This document shows, piece by piece, positions 30,416 through 46,563 of a stretch of DNA of 64,000 bases. Origin of the DNA: the human T2T-CHM13v2.0 reference genome, Homo sapiens; NCBI RefSeq assembly GCF_009914755.1, contig NC_060927.1; one strand, written 5' to 3'. The notes under the pieces were generated by a model. It saw only the letters and a list, made by a program, of their open reading frames with translations. It was not told the DNA's origin and did no database searches. Made by a program: the position numbers and the translations under genes. Within the stretch, counting starts at the first letter, position 1, and each line of letters starts with the position of its first letter.

Positions 30416-33400
30416 AGTATATGTTGCTATAACTTTCTTTCCCTGTATTAATTGAAAAAATTTATAATTTTAATGTAATTTTAAACTACCAGAAATGTTA
30501 CAAGAGTAACACAATGAACTTCCATATGCCCTTTATCCAGATTCCCAAATTGTTATTTTTCCACATTTGCTTTATCTTTCTACCTACATTTTTTAATGAA
30601 CCATTTGAGAATAAGTTTCAGACATGATGCTCCTTTGTCCTAAATATAATACAGCTGTGAGTATTTTCTAAGACCAAGGACATTCTTTTATGTAACCATA
30701 GTACAGTAATCAAAATCAGGAAATCAACAGTGATACAATGCTAGTATGAAACCCAGTGGTTCTCAAAGTGTGACCCCAGACCAGTATCATCAGCATCACT
30801 TGGGAACTTGCTAGAAATACAAATTCTTTGCCTCTACCCCAGCCAGCTGCATTGAATCAGAAATTCTGGGGGTGGGGTTCTGGCAATCTGTGTTTTGACA
30901 AGCCTGCCAAATGAGCCCAAAGCATACTGAATTTCGAGAATCACCCATCTAATTCACAGTCTATATTGTCTGAATTACATTCTTAGAAGGGACAGTTCTA
31001 TAAGATTTTTGTTGTTGTTGCAGAGGATCTCATCCGGAATCATCTGTGTTGATTTTTAAATGATGGGTGGTTTCAGTGGGCTGAGCTGCTCTCCCGGGAG
31101 GGGCTGTTGCCATGGTGATGGCTGCTGGCAGTGCTGAGAGACAGCTGTGGGGCCGCCTGGGCTCTGTGTGCCACTGAGCTGGCAGGTTGCCACTTCCCTG
31201 GACTCCTGAGGAGTGACTTGCACAGATTGCTCCGTTCTTGTTAACAGAGATATTTCTCATCATCAGACCCAAATTTACTCTTAACTGGCACAGGGCTGGT
31301 GTTATCCTTTTTATTAAGGTAAAATAATAGTATAGGAAATGGCAGGTGACCAAAATTGCACCTCATAGAAAAATGCTATCACTACCATTGAAATGGCTTA
31401 TCTCTTTATCTCCAGGTTCCCTCTTCTGTAATTTAATTTGGGGCCTTTCAAGACTGAAATATATAAATGCATTAGTGAGGCTTCTGCATCTACTACCTAA
31501 CCCTTTGGACACATACATCAGATTATGAGTGTAAAACAGCAGACAACTGAACTCTCATAATTTCTGGTCAAGATTTAACCAAATCTTTGATGGGGAATAG
31601 TTCCAAAACTACCAGAATGGCAGAATATTTCAAATATTGGTGTCTTCTATTTTCCTCCATGTAGGAAGGAAATGGAACTACTGCCCATCCTCCACAGTTT
31701 CACACCTTTTCATCTTTGCTTAGGCCATATCCTCTGAGAATGCCCTTCCTCCTAGTCCCACATCTTCAAATCTTACCCTGACTCCCAGGCCCAGCTTAAA
31801 TGCCACCTCCTCTCTCATAATCAAAGTTTCCAATAAACAAGGTTCCTTTCCCATAAACAAAGCCTCTCATAAACTCGTGGCTAGAAATCACTCCCCACCC
31901 CAATCCCAATCCCCTCAACTCTCACAGAATCTTTATCTCTCATGGTACAAAGCACAGTTTACATCATATGAGCCATGTCAGATTCTCAGCATGTGGGATT
32001 GATCTTTTTCTGATTCATTTTTCTATCACATCGTGGACCCACATAGTGAACCACAAAGAAGTTAGCACTCAAGATATTTTTTGATGTATTCTTTACCTCT
32101 TGGTTCCAGCTGCCTCCCACCTGATTTCTGTCAAACACTAATGGTAATGATAAAATATTGAATCCTTCTACCTGTTGTATATGTTAAAAGTATTTTGTCC
32201 TACCTTACTGTGCTGATATACCTAACAATGTGCTGCACTGGAGACCTGTGAGATACTGCCTGAAAGTCTTCCATTTGGGTGAAGACAAGGCATCTCCAGA
32301 AACCTAGGCATTAAATTAGTAGACACACTAGAGAATGGGTGAGATCACATATCTTCAGGAGAGGGTGGTGGTAGTGGTTGTGGTGGAGAGAACATATGAT
32401 AGGGAAAAAGGCAGGAAATGTTGGACTTCTCTATTTTCTGCTTGGTGACATTAACATAGGTAAATAAAAATTTTATCAATGTAGTACTAGTTCTCAACAT
32501 TGGCTGCATCTTAGAATCACCTGAAGAGCTATCAAAAATCCTGAGGCCTGAGGCCCACCTCTGGAAAGTCTGATTTAATTGATCCTCGGAAATGGCCCAG
32601 GCATCAGGGTTTTGAGAGTTCTCCAGGTGATTCTAAAATGCAGCCAGGGCTGAGAATGGCAAAATAAATAATTTTAAAAATTCAAAAGGAGAGAATAGTT
32701 AGTGTGGAAATAGACAAATAGTCATAAAGGAAAAATTTGTCATTATTGGTGGAGCACTAAGCAAAGATGAGGCCCAGAGCTGAGAACAAGAGAGTCTGGC
32801 CCTGTAGTGAGTGTAGTTTTATGATCAAGCCATTTAGCCTGTTGCTCTTATTCACGAAAATTGCACAACTTGTTCTCCTTGCTTCCCAGGCAACCTTCTG
32901 ATCCTAATTTAGCTTTCCATATATGTCTCCTCTAATAGGAAAAAATATGCTGGCTAACCTGAGATGAGTTCCCTATTGCCTTGGCAGTTTTAGCTCTCAT
33001 TGTGTATGAATACGTTGGCAATCTGGATTATTTATTGATGCCTTATGAACTTGAAGTTCACAATGGCAATTGTAATCAAGGGACTTTCCAAAAGCCATTA
33101 CTGAGCCCCAGATCTGTGTCAGATACAATTATAGTCATTGTGTGGCATAACAGAGATAATATGATAATATTTAATGAATTTTCAGGTAGGATTAATGAGT
33201 CATTTATATCAGTTGCTAAAATACAAGGGGGAGTGTGGTATGTGTTATGGGAAGGGTATGGTTAAAGTGCTGTGGGGGTAATAGGAGAGAGAAATGACTT
33301 CTGACCATGGGAACCATGAAGGGGCTAGCATTCTATTTGAGTTCGCAGTACGGGAAAGATTAGGCCAAGAAGAATAGAGCAAGGACATTTCAGCTAAATG

Positions 33401-33499
33401 GAATGATGTGATAAAAGGCTCAGAGGTAGAAAAGCATGGGATGTGATTTAGGAACCCAGTACTTCACCTTTAATTGTAATATGTTTGCAGTTAAATACA

Positions 33500-34360
33500 T
33501 TCCCTAATTTTAACAACTTATATAATCATAGTATAATTATCAAAACTAGGAAAATTAATATTTTACTAGTTTTCCCCTTTATGCCTTTGGTCTATTCTAG
33601 GATCCAATCCAGGATTCTACATTGCATTTAGTTCTATTTCTTTAGTCTCCTCTAATCTGTGACAATTTCCCTTTCCTGCCTTGTTTTTTATGAATTTGAC
33701 ACTTTTGATGGGTAACTGGCAAGCTATTTTGTAGAATGTCTCTTAGTTTGGGTTTGTCTAATGTTTTATCACGATTAGATTGAGGTTACATATTCTTGGC
33801 AAGACTACTACAATAGTAGTATTGTATTCTTCTCAGTACATCATATTAAGGGGTACCAGCTGTATCTTATTACTGATGATGTTAACTTTGATCACTTGGT
33901 TAAGGTTCTGTCTTGTGGGGTTTTTCACTGTAAAGTTACTATTTTTTCCCTTTGAAATTGATAAATATCCTGGGTAAGATAGTTTGAGAGTTTTCTATTA
34001 ATAATAGCCTGTTTCTTTTCAAATCTTCACTCATTAATTTTAGTCTCTTTCAGTGAAGTTGCCTGTGGCGATTCTTACTCTCTATTCTTTACCTAATTGT
34101 GATTATATATTTCTCTCATTCTTTCTGTATTTACTAATTGGTATTCCACTGTAAGGAAGAGCTGCTGCTTCTCCTCCATCCATGTATTTTTTCAGTTATT
34201 TATTTATATTAGTATGAACTCATGGATTTTAAAATATTATATGGGTTACACCCAGTACCGTCACTGTTTATTTTGTTGCTCAAATTGTTCCAACTTTGGC
34301 TAATGGGGTTCCTTCAGATTGGCTCCTGTGTCTTTTTAACATGCCCCTATCCTTTTTTGA
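33500..34360 (-). mobile_element. Old L1MC-like 3' UTR fragment
   Basis: GGATCCAATCCAGGATTCTACATTGCATTTAG, TTTTGTAGAATGTC and GCTCAAATTGTTCCA motifs; a related piece lies at ~30450-30750. Confidence 0.65.
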
Positions 34361-34959
34361 GGAGAAGTAAATTCTTGCTTATTAATTCCATTTTACAGAT
34401 GAAGAAACAGGACCCCAGAAAGTGGAGTGATTTTCTGACTGTTAAATCCAGGGCAGAACTAGGACCAGGGGTATTGGGATAGATGCTCCTTTTCTTGGCT
34501 TATTCTCAATTATTTTCAGTGTCTTTATCCATCTCTATTTCTATAATACATATACATATTCACATAAACTATTTGTACACAAATGCAAATTTTAATGTGA
34601 TGATATGATTATTTTCTCTCAATGGAAGACTAGATAAGGTTTTAAATAGTGGGAAGTGTGTAGACTTTGGCATCTTCTATTCAAATCTTTGTCCATTTCC
34701 TTCAGCAAATTATTTCATTTCTCTGACCCGTTTTTCTTAAGAGAGTATAACATATATTTTGTTTTTATAGGGATTTGAAATAATGAATGTTGAAAAAGTG
34801 ACTATCAGAGCTTTTCTCCTAGTAGATTTTCAATAATGAAAGTTATTATAATTGTTCGTTATTTCACTGTTACTCACCCCCCTTTCCTCCCTCCGGCTGT
34901 TTTCTAGAAGTAAAGCTAGTTTTTACCTCTGAGATTTTGTCGTGCAGCCTTTAGTATGA

Positions 34960-35298
<339 letters not shown>

Positions 35299-36998
35299 GC
35301 AAATTCTTAACCACTAATAGGCCTGCTAGTAACTTTGAGGCAAGTACTTTCCGAACTGATTGTACTATAAAACGGAACATTTGAAATTTCCTCATATGTT
35401 TCTTTTTTATGCAAAAGTATTTAAACAAACCAAGTAAGCGGGTTGAGTTTTGCAATCTTGAATCTCTAGTGCGTGTCAATAGACTATTAGAAGTAAATTT
35501 GGCAATGACGTGCAGCCACCAGGCTTACTAGTTCTCAGAGGGTCCTTGTAGAACTTCATATTGGGTGTGTTGTGTCTAGTATTAGAAACAAATCCTTTTC
35601 TGTGCTTCAGAACAACTGCTTATAGTCCTGAAGCCTGTTTGGGACCACCACCCCCCAGAATTGGTTATTTATAGATGAGGAACACCCCTGGAATTTGACC
35701 ATTGTGACATTGATTGGTGATCATCCTTCCTACTGTGAACTCAAATCAGGCATCCACACATTGGGGCTGTCCACACCTCAGGACTGTCTTCAGTGGTTTG
35801 CATTGCTGGGATTGCTGCTGATTGAAGGAACTAAGCATTGTTTTCAGAGTGGTGGGTCCCATCGGGGCCCTCTGATTTTCCTGGGCAGCTCCATCTAGGA
35901 GTAGGTAGGCCTCCCTGAATTTATCCTGTGTCAATTCTATGGGTCTAGATTTTGTCCAGTTGGGGAAGGCTGTAAATAATACGAGTGTCTAATGTTTTTA
36001 TATACCTAAACTGATCCATTTGTGATTTTTATAAGTATCAAAATTAAAGTCATTTGGTTTGTTCCATTTACTTTCTTTCTTAAACTATGAAATATTTTGA
36101 CCTTTTAATGAAAAACAATAAAAAATAAGACCACTGATTTTTACCTAAAATTGTTAAATCTAACAATTGAAAAGCAAGACTAGTTTCATTGAAAAGAAAT
36201 GCACTAATGCACTAATAGAAAGCAATCTGCAAACCCAGTAGAGTTTATGACATTTGGGGTAAGGCTTTAGCTGTCATATGAATTTATATAAATACAAGTG
36301 TTTAAAAATAGAATCACACTAATTTATTTCAAATGGTTTTTTTTTAAAAAACCCTGTGCTTTATAGATAAAAGCATTATTTCACATTATTTCATATCACC
36401 TAAGAATAAGTTCTGCCATTTCTTATTCATCTACATTTACCTCAGCAAAAAGAACACTATCTCTAAAAGAATTTGAAAAAAATACTAACTAAACTCAAGA
36501 TGTTCATTTATATTATTAGAAATGAAAATCATAATACTGCATGGCATTCTTCAGTACCTATTTAGAAGCTGGTTTTTTTCTTGTTTTGCTTTTAAGAGCA
36601 TAATGTGGCTTGACATTTCCCCCACGTTTTATGCAGTCTCTTAAAGTGCACTTCCAAAATTCTAGGAAAATGTCCTTGGGTTGTACAATATAATGACAAA
36701 GGATCTCCTCCCTCACTGCCTTTACCTCCATTTATTGGTATTCTCCTAAGTAATGAAACAGAGTTTCAAAAACATGTTATTGTAAAATGACTCTTATTCA
36801 GCCCTGCCTTTCTCAAGTACATCTTTTGCCTTTGGAGTTGTTCAAATTTTAGACAAAATGTTTCCACTGACAGGCTAAATATTAAGTACATGGCCTGTTT
36901 ATATTATTGCCTAGCATCATGCCTCAAAGTTTGTTCCATGGACCACCTGTCCTAGAGTCACGAAGGATGCTTGTTGAAAATACAGATTCCTTGGGTCT

Positions 36999-37707
<709 letters not shown>

Positions 37708-38515
37708 TTAAAATAAAAAGCAGGACAGAATAATTTTTGAAGTTCCTTTTAGCCTTAAACATTGCAGGGGTTTTTTTGTTTTTGTTTTTGTTTTAAATTC
37801 AGGCTTCTGAGAATGCTCTTCTTTTGTCTTTTAAGGTTGTAAGTGCTTTGATTGCCAATGTTAATACAAGGATTAATTTTTAAAATCAAATCCTTTTAGG
37901 ATTTAAAATTTGATAATAACAATCAAAGGTGGGGTTAAGAACACTGAATTTGGGTTGTTCTTCATTTCTTTAAAGCCTCGACATTTCAAAGGCAATCTGT
38001 CATTGGCTAACTGGGATGGTGAAAGGAGGAGATACTATTAATCCATCAAATGTTACAGTTTGGGTTACAGATTTTCAAAACCTTAGAAGTTAACATCAAG
38101 TCTTTTATTGCAACCTTCAAGAGATAATCTTAGTGAAGGAAAACATTTTTTGATAGCTGTATAGACTTAGGGCAATATTAATTTTGGGTCAGTTAAAGTC
38201 AATACATTTTTCATGAAAGTTATTTTAGCAATAAAAGTCACTATTAAATATCTCTCAAGGACAAAGTTAAGAAAACAGAATATACTTACAGATATTGTAA
38301 TAAGAATTTCTTAGACCAACGCATTACATTTCATCAAAAACATTAGCTTTTTACTTTAAAGACAGCTTAGAGAAAGAAAGTAATGCTTTTCATATTGCTG
38401 AGTTAAAATCAGACTAAAAACTGTATTTCTTTGTTGTGTCAAATCATAATTTGTTGTGTCTAAATCTTTGAGTGACTTGTCTATCATAATTAAATCCTTA
38501 GAAAAAATCAGAGGT

Positions 38516-38820
38516 TTTTGTTTATTTTTTGTGTTTTTTGAGATTGGGGTTTCATTCTGTCACCAGGCTGGAGTGCAGTGGTGCAATCATAGCTCACTGC
38601 AGCCTCAATCTCCTGGACTCAAATGCTCTTCCCACTCCACGCTCGCAAGCAGCTGAGAATATAGGCATGACACCAGGCTGGGCTAATTTTAAAATTGTTT
38701 TTTAGAGATGGGATCTTGCTATGTTGCCCAGGCTGGTTTCAAGCTCCTGGCATTAAGTGATCATCCTACCTCAGCCACCTGAATTACTGGGATTACAGAT
38801 GTGAGTGATTGCATCTGGCT
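38516..38820 (-). mobile_element. Alu SINE (AluJ-like)
   Basis: Diverged antisense Alu body. Confidence 0.9.
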
Positions 38821-39496
38821 GTGTTTATTAAAGAACACAGTAAATGCAAAACAAATAGTTTTTCTTGAGGATAAACATGTAAAATGGAAATAGGAAGAAT
38901 AACTTAAGAAGCACAAGACACAGATCTTGGATTAATTTAATCTTTCAGTGTTCTCTCTTCCTGTTGATTTCACATAGCCCTTGCTTAATGCTAAAAACAG
39001 ATATCTTTCTTCTTTTTAAAGTTCTACCCAGAAGGCAATGGGGAGTTTGGCTATTTCCTTTGGACATTTCACTTTGAGGCCTGTTATTGAAGGCCCTTTT
39101 CTGGTTTTTCCTTCAATAGTCTAAATATATATTTATTTAATTACAGGAAATCAGGCACTTAATATCAATGCAGGAAACAGACATAAAACTTTTACCCACC
39201 TCTGTTGTTCTGCATCTCTCCTTCCACTTGAAAGATTGTAAGCAGGTGATTGTCAGACCAACAATAAATGTCACTCAGAGAGCATGCATCCATATGGCAA
39301 GGTAACCCAGAAAACATAATTATGCTCATTCACAAAAAATAAAGAAGTTGATATAAAATGTATAGAATTTAATATTTCTTTAACACAGTTTAAAAATGAC
39401 AATAGGATGTGAAAAGCAGCATTGCAGTTTGGGGATAAATTCCTGAAAGGAATGCTATTTTAATGCACAAATGTCTCCAAATTTTAGTATTATAAC

Positions 39497-39865
39497 TGTT
39501 AAAATAAAAACTTTAAATAAATTAAATTTACCAAAGTTTATTTGAGCACACACAAAAAAAATTTCTTGAATTGGGCAAACTTCAGAACTAGAAGGAGTTC
39601 GGAGAGCTCTTTCTGCCCAGCAACCTGAGCAATGAGCTTTTATAGGATGGACACAAAAGCAAACCAGAGAAATCATTTGATTAGCTATAGCTAGGCATTT
39701 GCCTTATTTGGGCATGGTGTGATGATTTGGCTGCCTGTGATTGGCTGAAACTCAGCTATTTCTTCTGTGTATTGGTTTGTTTACATACTACGTTAGGGTG
39801 AGGTTTGCTGCACAGGAATGCAAGGTATGGAGGCAGCTTCAGGCCAAATTTAAGTTAATTTAACA
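39497..39865 (-). mobile_element. ERV1 3' LTR (MER57/MER93-like)
   Basis: Inverted termini TGTTAAA...TTTAACA; CCAAT boxes (AGCCAATCACAGG on the minus strand); preceded on the minus strand by the purine tract AATAGGGAGAAAT (39866-39878). Confidence 0.8.
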
Positions 39866-40099
39866 ATTTCTCCCTATTAGTCAGTCTCTCAAAATTGGGC
39901 ATTGATGCCACTCTGTCACCATCGTCATGGACTTTTTTGGTCTTGGTATGAAATACATAATTCATGGCATCAGGCTAGTTGAATGATTCCTTATGTTCTC
40001 TTTGTGTTTTTGTTGTTTTAACAGTAGTGAGACCATTTGATGTACAACAGATGGCTGTATATGAGCATTTAAGACACTTGAGAGAATATAGAACACCAG

Positions 40100-41050
40100 G
40101 GAGACTATTGTGATGGTTATCAGGAGGATAATACTAAGAGAGTGAAGTGTATTCCTTAACAGAGGCCACCATGAACCAAAACAATTATAATAAAATGAAT
40201 CAAAAAAATGAGCCAGAAGAGGAATCTACTTGTTTTAACCAAGTAACTTGTTTGTTTACTTTTTAAAACTGAGTTTCTACCGTATCAGACATATTTATGA
40301 AAGGGCAGCATGAGATGTTAGCCACTGCATACATATTCCCATGTTCATCGAGTAGTCCAAAACAGTCTAAAACAATGTTAGCAAGAGAATTTATAAAGGA
40401 TTCTGGGCAACGATAGCCTTTGCAATAGAGTCAGCTATAGTAGCTAATATTTGAGACAGATTTCTAATAATAACTCTATATACATTTATGCCAAGCCAAA
40501 GAAGAACCATTCTACAAAAGATGCCCATTTAGAGTGATTTAAGCCTGCCGGAAAGTTCCTCTTTATTATTTTTGTTTTTAAATATGGAACGCTTCATGAA
40601 TTTCCGTGTCATCCTTGCACAGAGGCCATTCTAACCTCCTCTGTATCATTCCAATTTTAGTATATGTGCTGCCAAAGCAAGCACAATTTCTCGTTAATCC
40701 ATGGCACAAATTAAGAGATACAGAACAATGTTCAGTTTCCAGTTGCTTATGAAGTGACAGTGGTACTGTTAGAATCTCTAATCCACATTGGTCCCTTATT
40801 TTCCACTTGAGACAAGGAGTTGCCCACACATATGGTTGATCATTAAATCCTCCACAGATAAAAATATATCCTGGAGGGGCACAAGAGACAGTTCCTTGTG
40901 TGATACTTTGTGTGTTAGAAATCACCAGTTGGGAAGCACTGGTAATATTTATCCAAGGGTCCATTATTGAATCATTGTATGGTAGATTACTTCTTACCAA
41001 TAAGAAGGGATTAGGGTTATAAAGTTGTCTACAAACTGTCAACTTATCTT
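40100..41050 (-). pseudogene. ERV env remnant (SU C-terminus and TM)
   Basis: SU-like CAPPGYIFICGG...WATPCL; TM heptad RNLSQILATIADSIAKAI; NSLANIVLD; degenerate CX6CC motif YAVANISCC at ~40304-40330; frameshifted. Confidence 0.8.
40580..40684 (-). pseudogene. Full-length U6 snRNA retropseudogene
   Basis: Reverse complement reads GTGCTTGCTTTGGCAGCACATATACTAAAATTGG...GCGTTCCATATTT, ~10 substitutions from U6 by eye; A-rich tail at 40562-40579; upstream sequence is env, not a U6 promoter. Confidence 0.96.
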
Positions 41051-41190
41051 TCTTTTGGTTTTCTTAGTTTCTGGCATAATTTAGCTGCAAAACCCTCAAT
41101 ATAGGTTTTTCCTACTATTAGATTTAAACAAGAGTCTGAATATATGAATCTAAAAACCCAATCATGTGGAAAGAACCAGATGTGCAATTT

Positions 41191-41462
41191 TTTTTTTGAG
41201 ACAGAGTCTCGCTCTGTCTGTCAGGCTGGAGTGTGGTGGCATGATCTCAGCTCAGTGCAATCTCCGCCTCCTCAGCTCAAGCAATTCTCCTGCCTCTGAG
41301 TAGCTAGGATTACAGGCGTGTGCCACCACGCTTGGCTAATTTTTGTATTTTTAGTAGAGATGGGGTTTCACCATGTTGGCCAGGTTGTTCTCGAACTCCT
41401 GACCACCCGCCTCTGCCTTCCAAAGTGCTGGGATTACAGGCGTGAGCCACTGCGCTTAGCCC
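41191..41462 (-). mobile_element. Alu SINE inserted in the ERV
   Basis: TSD CCAGATGTGCAATTT at 41176-41190 and 41461-41475. Confidence 0.95.
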
Positions 41463-41869
41463 AGATGTGCAATTTGAACAAATAGTCACCCTTGGAATAT
41501 TAGTGAAATTTGTTACATGGTGAACTAGAATATCTCTAAGATCATATAGGGATTCAGGTTTAACATGACATAGTCAACATTCAGTCTAGTTCCCTGCAAA
41601 AGCTATCAATTATGAAATCTTAATTATCACATTATCTTGCCATATATAAACAGAAAAGAAAACAAAGAGGAAAGGGAACAAAGATTTCATAGTGACAGAG
41701 GAGAACAGTCTTGACCTGTGATCTTGGGAAAGCTGTCCACATCTAGGATGCCATTTGCTTCTGGAGAAAAGCTTCCCTAGTCAGCTTTACCTTGAGATCT
41801 CCAGTGGATTTACTGTCCCAAGAGTCTGGAGGGGCTCTCTTGAGTTGAGATATAGGGATCCAAGGCTTG

Positions 41870-42760
41870 AGGCCCTGAAATTTTGCAGTAGTGTGGGTGG
41901 TGGGAAGAACTTGGTATGATCTTTTTCAGTGAGGCTCAAGGGCAGTCTTTCTCTGGTGTTGCTTCCAAAAGACCCATTCAGTGGGTTCTAGATCATGAAA
42001 GATCTAGTTGTCATCAGCTGGTGGGTCACAAAGGGTTTCTTTTAACTGGTAAAAATATACTTTAGCATAATGCATTAAAATCTTTCAATATTAAGTCATG
42101 TCAGAACTTATAAAAGTGTGAGATTCATGAGGTGCTATTATTAGGGCCATACACCTTCCGGTAACTATTTTATAAGGGGTCAATCTGTGTTTTCCAAGGG
42201 GGGTGGATCTGACTGCCATCAATCAGTAATACCTTTGAACAAGGCAATACAGTCAATTCAGTTAGCTTTGCCTAATACCATTGTGTTTGTAATAACTTAT
42301 TTAACTGCTTTATAACTTGTCCAGTGAAATGAGCGCCTCTACCACTGGAAATTTCTCCAGGAGTATTCCATAAAGCAAACACATTTCATGATAACCTTTT
42401 AGCTACTGTTATATCAGCAACCTTCCTGCATGACGGGAAAGCTTCTGTACATCCAGAAACTATTCATTGAAGGTAGGAATTGAGTGATGTCCATCTGTAA
42501 GTATTCAAATGATCCAGCAGGTGCTGGAAATGTATCATCTGAGTGTTTTATTGTCTTGTCAAAATTATGGGTTTGACAAACCAGACAGTGGTTATAAACC
42601 ATTTTAGGAATTTTAGAACAGACAGCCTGCCAGTATTTTTTAAAATAATTGGGATTATTTTCTCTCTCCTGTGATGAGTTAAGGAGTACAGAGCTTCTAA
42701 TAATTAAAGCTTTAAGGACTCAGGAAGGACCAAGCAACTGTCCAAGCCCTCCATTAGCCC
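41870..42760 (-). pseudogene. ERV pol integrase remnant
   Basis: Minus-strand fragments CLVCQTHN (zinc finger), FEYLQMDITQF (first catalytic Asp), SSGRGAHFTGQVIKQL and RKTALEPH*KRSYQVL; broken by stops and frameshifts. Confidence 0.75.
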
Positions 42761-44464
42761 ACACTTAACATTGAATTTACATCCTTTTAAATACCAGTTG
42801 ATTTCTCCAATTCAGGCACACAGCATTGTTTATGAAATAGTTCATCATAGGTAATTTGACTTGGATCAATCTTATGGAGCTCATTCAAATTGTATATCTT
42901 AACAATTTCAGTACTGGCTGACTTAGTATGAAAACCTGCCAAAGCATTTCCTTAGCAACCAATTAATTGGTGTTCTGCTTGATGTGGGGTTAGTGGTTTT
43001 ATGAACCAATCAATTTATTCATTAGCATTCTAGAAATTCTTATCTAATCTAATTGTGTGAACCTAAGGTTATCAGAAACCTATGTTGTCAGAGTTCTTTC
43101 CATGAATCCCCTCAAAGTTGAAAAATTTAGGTTTATAGTTGTTTTCAATAGCTTTCAGGAAAATACCAAAGTAAAACAATTAACTGTCTGTGGATGGCAA
43201 GACTTTAAATGATAATGGTTAAATGTCTGATGAAAATTAATTATAATGCAATTGACAAGAAAATTTTGTTTCCTTTTCTGTATATACAGTATTTTTTAAA
43301 AATTAAAATTACGAGTGATAGTAATATGTCAAGACTATCAAGTTTCTGGGAATTTCATATAATTTCTGGAAAACATATTAATAACATACTCATGCAATAT
43401 AACTTAAAGATGGTTCAGCAACACTTATTATTTGACAATGCTTCCCATGCAATTTAACACATCAAATAAGCCTAATTAGTTTAACATCTCTCTTTTTTAT
43501 AAGAAGAGAGGAAAAAATTCCTTTGAGAAATTCCAGAAGTCAGTTTGGAAACTTCCAAAGTTGGTTTGAGGTCGAAAGGCCTTAATTTAATGCTTGATTT
43601 TGAGAAGTGGTTAAAAAATGTCAAAGGGTTTAAAATAATTAAAATAGGATCAGAGGTCACTGGCAACAGTAGTCATTTAAGCAGAGTGATAATTAAAATA
43701 CTTCAAAGAAAGTTACATAATTATAGAAAAACCTTAGCTTTTTAAATAGAGAGAACTGTTTTCTTGAGTGATCAAAAGACTTATAAAGACCACACGAAGC
43801 ACAGGAAATTGTCTTTTTAAAAAAATTGACATATTTTTGTTATAGAGGGTACATCTGTAGGTTTGTTACATGGGTATATTGCACCCAGGTAGTGAACATA
43901 GTACCCAATAGGTAGTTTTTCAACTCACATCCCCCTTCCTCCCTCCCCTATCTAGTAGTTGGCAGTGTCTGTTGTTCCTCTGTTTATATCCATGTGTGCT
44001 CAATGTTTAGCTCCCACTTATAACATGTGATATTTGGTTTTCTGTTCCTGTATTGGTTTGCTTAGGATTATGGCCTCCAGCTTCATCCATGTTGCTGTAG
44101 AGGACATGATTTCATTCCGTTTTTATGGCTGTGGAGTATTCCGTGGTGTATATGTATCATATTTTCTTTATCCAATCAATGATTGGTGGGCACCTAAGCT
44201 GATTCCATGTCTTTGCTGTTGTGAATAGTGTGGTGATGAACATTATGCATGCATATGTCTTTTTGGTAGAATGATCTATTTTCCTTTGGGTATATTCACA
44301 GTAATGAGATTGCTGAGTTGAATAATAGCTCTGTTTTGAGTTCTTTGAGGAATCTCTAAACTGCTTTCCACAGTGGCTGAACTAATTTACATTCCCATCA
44401 ACACTGGGTAAGCATTCACTTTTCTCCACAGCCTTGCCATTATCTGTTGTTTTTTGACTTTTTA

Positions 44465-46163
<1,699 letters not shown>

Positions 46164-46337
46164 TGTTTTTTGACTTTTTAAAAATGGCCATTCTGACTGG
46201 TATGAGATGGTAACTCATTATGGTTTTGATTTGCATTTCTCTGATGATTAGTGATGATGAGCATTTTTTCATATGTTTCTTGGCCACTTGTATATCTTCT
46301 TTTGAGGAGTGCCTGTTCATGTCCTTTGCCCACTTTT

Positions 46338-46563
46338 TTTTTTTTTTTTTAGATGGAGTCTCACTCTGTTGCCCAGGCTGGAGTGTAGTGGCGCAATCTC
46401 CGCTCACTGAAACCTCTGCCTCCTGGGTTCAAGCGATTTTCCTGCCTCAGCCTCCTGAGTAGCTGGGATTACAGGTGCGCACCACCACACCCAGCTAATT
46501 TTTGTATTTTTCATAGAGATGAGGTTTCACCATGTTGGTCAGGCTGATCTCTAACTCCTGACC
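46338..46563 (-). mobile_element. 5'-truncated Alu in the old L1
   Basis: Poly-T plus Alu body; TSD CCTTTGCC(C/T)ACTTTT. Confidence 0.92.

Noticed and set aside
40580-40684. Functional U6 gene
   Set aside because: Catalytic motifs are mutated, CpGs have decayed, it has an A-rich tail, and upstream sequence is env rather than PSE/TATA.
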